From Candidatus Micrarchaeota archaeon (GTDB lineage: Archaea > Micrarchaeota > Micrarchaeia > Anstonellales > Bilamarchaeaceae), in the NCBI GenBank assembly GCA_964552755.1, contig CAZKHX010000001.1, forward strand, positions 18,007 through 82,006: 64,000 nucleotides of DNA. The letters are read 5' to 3'. Below, in pieces: positions 58,234 through 64,000 of this stretch. Every line of letters starts with the position of its first letter. Position 1 is the first letter of the stretch. Made by a program: the position numbers and the translations under genes. Below the pieces are notes generated by a model that did not search any database, was not told where the DNA came from, and saw only the letters and a program-made list of their open reading frames with translations.

Positions 58234-58689
58234 CTATTCCGAACCATCTCCTGACTTCTGGAACAGCTTCGCAATCTTCCTCTTGATGGTGGTGGGGATG
58301 GGCACGGCCATGTCCACGAACTCCACCACGAGCTCGTCCTTGTTCTCGTCTATCTTGGTGATCTTGCCCTTTTCGCCCTTGAACGGCCCGCTCTTTATCT
58401 CCACGATGTCTCCGATTTCCATCTTCAGGGCAGCGGGCTTCTCGGCCTTTATCATCTTCTCTATTTCGCCGATGGTGATGTTCTTCTTGAGCATGCCCTT
58501 AACGTGGCGGGTGTTGTGCGCAAGCTTCACCGCCGCCTCGTCGCTCTCCGCCTCTATGAAGATGTAGCCCTTCACGTTTTCGGGCACGAGTATCGAGTAA
58601 ATCGGCAGCTTCATCACTTTTGCCTTCTTCTCAAGCATCTGGGAGACGATTTTTTCCTGCCCGGTCGTCACCCTGTAGATGTATATCAA
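58234..58689 (-). CDS. spt5: Transcription elongation factor Spt5 (NusG-like, NGN+KOW)
   Basis: 'IYIYRVTTGQEKIVSQ' (NGN) and KOW 'GDIVEIKSGPFKGEKGKI'. Probable TTG start. Downstream of secE as in most archaea. Confidence 0.8.
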   Translation of the reverse strand: MIYIYRVTTGQEKIVSQMLEKKAKVMKLPIYSILVPENVKGYIFIEAESDEAAVKLAHNTRHVKGMLKKNITIGEIEKMIKAEKPAALKMEIGDIVEIKSGPFKGEKGKITKIDENKDELVVEFVDMAVPIPTTIKRKIAKLFQKSGDGSE

Positions 58690-58697
58690 CGCATCAC

Positions 58698-58856
58698 CTA
58701 TATCACTGAGAATACCAGGAACATCACAAGCCCCACGAACCCGACGAACAGCATGCCCATGCCCGTGATTTTGATTATCTGGCGGTACTCCTTGCTTGTG
58801 GGCCTGCGGGCAATCTGCAGGAGCCTTATGCATTTCCCGACTATCTCAAACAACAT
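58698..58856 (-). CDS. secE: Preprotein translocase subunit SecE (Sec61 gamma)
   Basis: 52-aa ORF 'MLFEIVGKCIRLLQIARRPTSKEYRQIIKITGMGMLFVGFVGLVMFLVFSVI' with a single C-terminal TM. Sits in the conserved ftsZ-secE-spt5 position. Below the ORF-track length cutoff. Confidence 0.7.
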   Translation of the reverse strand: MLFEIVGKCIRLLQIARRPTSKEYRQIIKITGMGMLFVGFVGLVMFLVFSVI

Positions 58857-58857
58857 C

Positions 58858-59973
58858 TCACCCTATTATGTCCAGGTCTATGCCCTCGAGGCTGCTCGTG
58901 GGCGAGGCGTCCAGGGAGTACTTCGGTATCTTCACTCCCCCAAGCACCACCAGCACCTTTATGGAGGCCTTCTGGAGGTGCGCGTCAAGCCGCGAGCCCC
59001 AGATGATGTGCGCTGACGGGTGTATCCTTTTGCCCGTCTCCGCGACAATCACCTCAGCTTCCTTCAGCGTCATGTCCTCCCCTCCTACAACGTTTATAAG
59101 CGCTCTGTTGGCCGAGGAGATATCCGCATCCAGCAGCGGCGAGTTGAGCGCGGTCTCGATTGCAATCGTGGAGCGGTCCTCGCTCTTCGCATCCACCGAT
59201 GCTTCGCCGATGCCGATTACCGCGTAGCCCGCGCCGCTGAGTATCGTCTTCAGGTCTGCGAAATCAACGTTCACGAGGCCGGACTTTGTAATCAGTTCCG
59301 CAATTCCCTTCACAGAGCCCGCAAGCACTTCGTCGCACACTTTGAACGCGGTGTTGAGCGGAAGGTCCGGCGCAAGCGAAAGCAGCTTGTCGTTCCTGAT
59401 TACTATAAGGGTGTCCGTATGCCTCCTGAGCTTCTCGAGCCCCTGCAGCGCGTTCTCCATGCGAACCCTCCCCTCCGAGGAGAATGGCAGGGTGACCACC
59501 GCAACGCAGAGGGCGCCGCTCTTCTGCACCTCCTCCGCAATGACCGGCGCGGAGCCCGTGCCCGTGCCGCCCCCGAGGCCGCATGTGATGAATACCATGT
59601 TCGCGTCCTTGAGCGACTCGGTCATCTCGCTCATCGCCTCCTTTGCGGCGTTCATGCCCACGTCGGGGTCGCTGCCTGCGCCGCGCCCCTTCGTCAGCTG
59701 CTTTCCAAGGAGTATCTTCTTGTTCGCTTTTATCTTGAGGAGGTGCTTCGCGTCGGTGTTCATGCCCACGAGATTCACGCCCTCAATCCCGAGGTCATAG
59801 AGGCGGTCCAGCGTGTTTGTGCCGCTGCCCCCCGTCCCTACCACGTAAACGCGGGGCTTGCTCTCCTCTATGAATTTCAATAGCTCCTCATCGTCCTTCG
59901 TCTGCGAGGAAGTCAACTCTTTTGCGATTTGCTCTTCTCCTGTCACATCATCCCCTCTGAAAGAAATATGCAA
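58858..59973 (-). CDS. ftsZ: Cell division GTPase FtsZ
   Basis: 'VVGTGGSGTNTL', tubulin signature 'GGGTGTGSAPV', 'NVDFADL'. Confidence 0.95.
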   Translation of the reverse strand: MHISFRGDDVTGEEQIAKELTSSQTKDDEELLKFIEESKPRVYVVGTGGSGTNTLDRLYDLGIEGVNLVGMNTDAKHLLKIKANKKILLGKQLTKGRGAGSDPDVGMNAAKEAMSEMTESLKDANMVFITCGLGGGTGTGSAPVIAEEVQKSGALCVAVVTLPFSSEGRVRMENALQGLEKLRRHTDTLIVIRNDKLLSLAPDLPLNTAFKVCDEVLAGSVKGIAELITKSGLVNVDFADLKTILSGAGYAVIGIGEASVDAKSEDRSTIAIETALNSPLLDADISSANRALINVVGGEDMTLKEAEVIVAETGKRIHPSAHIIWGSRLDAHLQKASIKVLVVLGGVKIPKYSLDASPTSSLEGIDLDIIG

Positions 59974-60068
59974 CAGATGAGTTGTTAAGAAATGCTTATA
60001 AAACCGCTATACCCGTCCGGAATTCCTCAATGCTCAGGTATATAAATCTTTTATGTGTTATAATAAGT

Positions 60069-60911
60069 ATGATTTCACGGAGAGTGAGCCCCACCCACAG
60101 GCTGCCGAAGCATCCGGCCGAGAGCTACCGCCCCCCAAAAGGCAGCTGGAAGATACTGTGCATTGACAAGCCCGTCGTGGAGAGCTACAGGCCGGTCCTC
60201 GCGGACCCGCGCATGGATTCCTCGAAGCTTGAGGCGGACCTCTGGAAATCCGAGCTCGAGCGCAGGAGAATGCTCGCGCAGGCGCCTGGCAGGTTCGAGG
60301 GCAGGCTGCGGAGCATCGCATTCGAGCGGCTGATGGCAGGTGAAGGGAAAGAGGCGTTCCCAAACGCAAAATGCCCCAGGGACATCGCGGAATCCCTCCT
60401 CAGGCACGGGAGCCGCGGGATGCCCGGAGACCTCCTGAAGATGGCGTTCAATGCCGCGACGCTCGGCATGGGCGTTTCCACTTACGAGCACATGCTTGCA
60501 GGGAGCACTACTAATATGATGTGCGACCCGTTCATCCCCGAGATGGTTTCTACGGGCCTGCTTTCCGTTTCGGAAATCGCGGAGCTCAGGGAGATGGTTT
60601 CCCCAATGGGGAGCACGCTGCTCTCCTTCCTTGAGCCCGTGGAAAGCCTCATGCCCGAAGAATCAGGGGAAGGCATACTGGCGATCATGGGCAAATACAC
60701 AGTCCAGTTCTTGGAGAACGGCAGGATGGCAGATTACCCTGTAATTACCGGTCTGGACGTAACTCTGGATTCCTTTGAGGCCGTCAGAGTGCGTTCCCCG
60801 GAAGTGCTCAGCAAAGTGGCCACCCCGCGGGTGAAAATTGACAGGTACCACAACTGCGTGTGGGTTTACGACTTCGACAAGGGCCTGCGCGCCGTGAAGC
60901 TTGAGGAATGA
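60069..60911 (+). CDS. Hypothetical protein
   Basis: ORF with TATA-like 'TATATAAAT' ~28 nt upstream of ATG 60069. No domain recognised. Confidence 0.45.
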   Translation: MISRRVSPTHRLPKHPAESYRPPKGSWKILCIDKPVVESYRPVLADPRMDSSKLEADLWKSELERRRMLAQAPGRFEGRLRSIAFERLMAGEGKEAFPNAKCPRDIAESLLRHGSRGMPGDLLKMAFNAATLGMGVSTYEHMLAGSTTNMMCDPFIPEMVSTGLLSVSEIAELREMVSPMGSTLLSFLEPVESLMPEESGEGILAIMGKYTVQFLENGRMADYPVITGLDVTLDSFEAVRVRSPEVLSKVATPRVKIDRYHNCVWVYDFDKGLRAVKLEE

Positions 60912-60953
60912 GAGTACTCTTTTTAAGCAGTTCTTTGCCTAATCAGAAACCTA

Positions 60954-61027
60954 GCCCCCGTAGTCTAGCCTGGATAGGATGTGAGCTTGCGGAGCTTGAG
61001 ACCTGGGTTCGAATCCCAGCGGGGGCG
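60954..61027 (+). tRNA. tRNA-Arg(GCG)
   Basis: Acceptor GCCCCCG/CGGGGGC, anticodon stem UGAGC/GCUUG (two G-U pairs), loop UUGCGGA, T-arm CUGGG-UUCGAAU-CCCAG. Confidence 0.75.
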
Positions 61028-61034
61028 TTGTTCT

Positions 61035-61370
61035 TCAAAGCATCCACTCCGGCTTCCGGCCCTTCTTTTTCTTCGCCATCTCTTTGGCGAATTCCGCGCT
61101 GACATCGAACACTTCGCCGCCACCGCTTTTCGGGGGCGCAAATTCGGGCTTTTTCCTTTGGGTAGGCGGAGTCTCTTTGAGGGAAGGCGCCTTCGGATTA
61201 GAAGCCGGCTTCGGTTTTGGCTCAGTCGGCCTTTTGGCCCCCAACGCGCCAGGCCTCTGGCGCCCCTCCTTCTCCACTTCCGCGGCAGGCGGCTCCCGCA
61301 CCTTCACCGGAACAATGCCGCTGAGCGCGCCTCTTTTCGTTTTTTTCTTCACAGCGGACTCTACGGGCAT
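61035..61370 (-). CDS. Hypothetical K/P-rich basic protein
   Basis: Low-complexity ORF 'MPVESAVKKKTKRG...KPKPASNPKAPSLKETPPTQRKKPEF'. Could be spurious. Confidence 0.25.
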   Translation of the reverse strand: MPVESAVKKKTKRGALSGIVPVKVREPPAAEVEKEGRQRPGALGAKRPTEPKPKPASNPKAPSLKETPPTQRKKPEFAPPKSGGGEVFDVSAEFAKEMAKKKKGRKPEWML

Positions 61371-61476
61371 CTGCTCACCATGCGCATATTCCAGTCGCCT
61401 GCTTAAAGCCCTAAGCGGCAATAATTAAAAAGGGTTCCTCAAAAGAATAGGATAACTCATCTTAGGTGATGTGCTC

Positions 61477-61623
61477 ATGAAAAGATGCATAAGCTGCGGA
61501 AGGCTCACCAAGGACTTTGCGGATTTCCCGTGCCCGGAGTGCACTGAAAAGGTTGTCAGGTGCTTCCACTGCAGGGAGACCAGGGCGCCCTACTCCTGCA
61601 AGTGCGGGTTCGAGGGCCCATAG
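61477..61623 (+). CDS. Zn-ribbon protein associated with EF-1beta (COG2888-like)
   Basis: 'MKRCISCGRLTKDFADFPCPECTEKVVRCFHCRETRAPYSCKCGFEGP' has four CxxC pairs and lies immediately upstream of the aEF-1beta gene, as in many archaea. Not in the ORF track. Confidence 0.7.
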   Translation: MKRCISCGRLTKDFADFPCPECTEKVVRCFHCRETRAPYSCKCGFEGP

Positions 61624-61632
61624 GTGGTTTGC

Positions 61633-61881
61633 ATGGCAGAGGTTATGGTTACCCTCAAGGTCTTCCCGGAAGACCCCGAAAAGCTGGAAGAGATAAGGCA
61701 GGAAATCTCCAAGATAGTGAGCGTTGACAAGCTTGAGGAGGAAGAGATCGGCTTCGGAGTGAAGGCGCTCCTCGTGCATTTCCGCACTGAAGAGGAAGGC
61801 GGCCTCGACCCGATTGAGGAAAAGATAGCCGCGCTTGACTCGGTTTCGCAGGTGCAGGTCACCCGCGTGGACAGGCTCTAG
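61633..61881 (+). CDS. ef1b: Translation elongation factor aEF-1beta
   Basis: 'MAEVMVTLKVFPEDPEKLEEIRQEI...IGFGVKALLV...' and ~83-aa size. Confidence 0.85.
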   Translation: MAEVMVTLKVFPEDPEKLEEIRQEISKIVSVDKLEEEEIGFGVKALLVHFRTEEEGGLDPIEEKIAALDSVSQVQVTRVDRL

Positions 61882-63446
61882 GCTTTCTTCCTTATTACGA
61901 AAATGTAGATGTACGCCGCCAGCGCAAGCAGGAACAGGAACCCGAAAACATACGCGAGCGTGGGCTGGGAGCGCACAATCACCCTCACTTCCTCATCCGC
62001 ATACCCTGTCTTGCCCACGGTTATTGCCTTGTCCCCCGAGCTGCCAATTGTAATCTCTATTGTCCCGTCACCGGTGAACTCTTTCCCGTCCACAGTTGCC
62101 TTCACATCGCTGAGCGTGTTCCCGTAAGTGTCGGTGGCGCGTATCTCAAATGGCTCGCCCTCCTTTACCTGGCTCGGGTAATATACAATGATGCCTGGCT
62201 TTGCCGCGTCTGAGGCCTTGATGAATGTGAGCTCGGTGTATGGCGCGGACTCGCTGCCCGCGCCGCCCGAAACATAGCATTCCACGGTGTGCACCCCGTA
62301 CGCAAGCGCGGCCGGAGCAACTTTGTATTCCCAGTCCTCCCCGGAAACGTCCTCCCATGGGCCTTCGTTGAGCCTGATGCGCGTTGCCGGCGCGCCGCCG
62401 GAGGAATAGCTCCTGCCGGTGATTGCGAATTCAGCGTCCCCGACAATGGAGTCCTGAGGGGGGTATATGAAGCTGCAGCCCCTCTTCGGGTCTATTGCAT
62501 GCACCTTGGAATCCTCCGTGCCGACGATGATGAGCCCGCTGATGAACGCAGGGGAAAGCGGCCAGTCCGCGAAGCCCCTCTTGATGAGCACGCTGCCGTC
62601 ACCCGGGCTTATGCCATAGAGCGCACTGCGCGTGGAGGCAATCAGCAGCGGGCTGCCATCAATGGTCTTTACCATCTTTTCGCCCACCATGCCGTCGAGC
62701 TGGGATGCCCATGCGACCTCGTCGTCCGAAGTCGCATACAGCATCCCCCCTGCTGTGCCGAAAACGATGTATGCGCCGTAGTCAGTCGGGGTGGTGGTTA
62801 TCTGCTCGCCAACTGCGAGCACCCACCTCTCTTCCCCGGTATATATCCTGTAGGAGTGCAAGTTTCCGTCACCTGTGCCCACATAGATGTTGCCTGCGTT
62901 CACGAAGGGCGCGGTGTTCCATGCCTCCCCGACTTCTGCCTCCCAGAAGAGCTCGCCCGTGCTGCGCAGGCACACGAGCTTCTCCCCTGCGGAAAATACT
63001 ATGTATGACTCCGAAGTCGCAGGTTCGTTCGCCGCCTCTTCGGTATTATAAATCCACGCAATTGTGCCGTCCGTGTTAAGCGCATGCACCCCTGTTTCGG
63101 AGGCGACGTAAACCTTGTCCGAGGCAGCCACCCCGCGCACGCTTACCACCGGCGCGCTCCAGGTGATGCCGCCCGCGGAATTCACCGCATAAACCCTATT
63201 CTCCGTTGGAATTATTGCGGCTTCCCCAAAAAGCGCAGCATCGCCCACAACGGGCGCCTCAAGCTGCTGCGTCCACACAATCTGCCCGTCCGCAATCCCG
63301 TGCAGCGCCCCCTTGTCCGTGCCTGCTATAATGCGGCCGCCAAGCTCCACCGGCTTGCCCACCGGGGCGCCGTCCGTGTTCACGTCCCACACTTCGCCCG
63401 CAAAGGAAAGCGAAACCAGCAGGAGCATCAGCACGGCGCGCTTCAT
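61878..63446 (-). CDS. Secreted PQQ-like beta-propeller repeat protein with C-terminal TM anchor
   Basis: Signal peptide 'MKRAVLMLLLVSLSFA'. Repeated 'G.L.A....G...W' beta-propeller blades. C-terminal 'LAYVFGFLFLLALAAYIYIFVIRKKA'. Confidence 0.65.
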   Translation of the reverse strand: MKRAVLMLLLVSLSFAGEVWDVNTDGAPVGKPVELGGRIIAGTDKGALHGIADGQIVWTQQLEAPVVGDAALFGEAAIIPTENRVYAVNSAGGITWSAPVVSVRGVAASDKVYVASETGVHALNTDGTIAWIYNTEEAANEPATSESYIVFSAGEKLVCLRSTGELFWEAEVGEAWNTAPFVNAGNIYVGTGDGNLHSYRIYTGEERWVLAVGEQITTTPTDYGAYIVFGTAGGMLYATSDDEVAWASQLDGMVGEKMVKTIDGSPLLIASTRSALYGISPGDGSVLIKRGFADWPLSPAFISGLIIVGTEDSKVHAIDPKRGCSFIYPPQDSIVGDAEFAITGRSYSSGGAPATRIRLNEGPWEDVSGEDWEYKVAPAALAYGVHTVECYVSGGAGSESAPYTELTFIKASDAAKPGIIVYYPSQVKEGEPFEIRATDTYGNTLSDVKATVDGKEFTGDGTIEITIGSSGDKAITVGKTGYADEEVRVIVRSQPTLAYVFGFLFLLALAAYIYIFVIRKKA

Positions 63447-63447
63447 G

Positions 63448-63924
63448 TCATTTCCCCGCAAGGACCGAGTCGTGCTTCCCCTCGTTGACTTCCCATATGA
63501 ATTTCCGCGCGCCCACTCCGCCTATGGTAATGCCGAGGGACTTGCAGGTGCCTGCCACTTCTTTCAGCACATCTTTCGTGCTCTTGCCGAGTGCCGAGCT
63601 CTTCTTGCCGACCGCAATCTTCACGAGCTCCTCAACGGAAATGTCTCCGACCGTTTCCTTTGTGCCGGTGCCCTTGTCCACGCCCGCCGCCTTTTTTATC
63701 ATCTCGGATGCAGGAGGGCTGCCGACCTCGACCTCAAAGGACTTGTCTTCGGTCTCCACAATGACCTTCACCGGGACCTTCATCCCCTTGAAATTCTTGG
63801 TAAGCTCATTGATTTTCGCAATCACCTGGCCTGCGTTCACGCCCATGGGGCCGAGCGCCGGGCCAAGGGGCGGCCCTGCTGATGCCGCTCCGCCTTCAAC
63901 GATAGCACTTATTGTTTTCTTCAT
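63448..63924 (-). CDS. rpl11: 50S ribosomal protein uL11
   Basis: 'GGAASAGPPLGPALGPMGVNAGQV' is the uL11 signature. Confidence 0.9.
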   Translation of the reverse strand: MKKTISAIVEGGAASAGPPLGPALGPMGVNAGQVIAKINELTKNFKGMKVPVKVIVETEDKSFEVEVGSPPASEMIKKAAGVDKGTGTKETVGDISVEELVKIAVGKKSSALGKSTKDVLKEVAGTCKSLGITIGGVGARKFIWEVNEGKHDSVLAGK

Positions 63925-64000
63925 TCTATCCACCAATGGGACAATATGATTGGGGTTTTGTTTTTTAAACAGTTTCTATGCCTTCGCAACCCATTCCGCC

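Noticed and set aside
59020-59883. 287-aa plus-strand ORF inside ftsZ
   Set aside because: Antisense to FtsZ.
62289-63488. Plus-strand ORFs (239 aa, 124 aa, 134 aa) inside the PQQ-repeat gene
   Set aside because: Antisense. R/A/P-rich.
1-64000. Looked for CRISPR arrays, integrases, transposases or other mobile-element hallmarks flanking the 20-kb membrane-system block
   Set aside because: No direct-repeat arrays or recombinase motifs were seen. The nearby tRNA-Gln is the only potential integration landmark, so a horizontal origin remains possible but unsupported.

Overview
High-GC (~60%) archaeal chromosomal segment of Euryarchaeota/DPANN type. Supporting genes are ftsZ-secE-spt5, uL11, aEF-1beta with its zinc-ribbon partner, Pelota, GuaA subunit B, class-II GlyRS, archease and an EndoQ-like PHP protein, plus BHB-type tRNA introns. 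The window holds an unlinked 23S rRNA gene on the minus strand, interrupted by an intron encoding a LAGLIDADG homing endonuclease. Five tRNA genes are present: Gln and Trp carry introns; Ser, Ala and Arg do not. A folate one-carbon cluster (purN, MTHFS, folC, folD, glyA) and assorted housekeeping genes follow. Three tandem paralogs of an uncharacterised protein with a C-terminal PEP-utilising phosphohistidine swivel domain open the window. The most unusual region is a ~20 kb block (15.2-35.5 kb) with no recognisable homology to known systems. It consists of (i) a tightly coupled plus-strand operon of six paralogous polytopic membrane proteins sharing a conserved 'LPxGxxLRSFxxTRxxGGxLIAxAxxLYxxYP' core and a conserved C-terminus, (ii) a 1387-aa cysteine-rich secreted lipoprotein, (iii) a 1345-aa protein with a Cys-rich ectodomain, a TM helix and an internally repeated K/A/E-rich helical domain, and (iv) a PadR regulator. 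A divergent minus-strand operon encodes a secreted protein, a triple zinc-ribbon protein, a hypothetical protein and a membrane-anchored double-AAA+ Cdc48-like ATPase. This block is a candidate novel envelope, secretion or cell-cell interaction system. Several short genes are missing from the ORF track: SecE, two tandem lysine-rich micro-proteins, an EF-1beta-associated zinc ribbon, and a small zinc-ribbon ORF. Many long ORFs antisense to real genes are GC-driven artefacts and were rejected.
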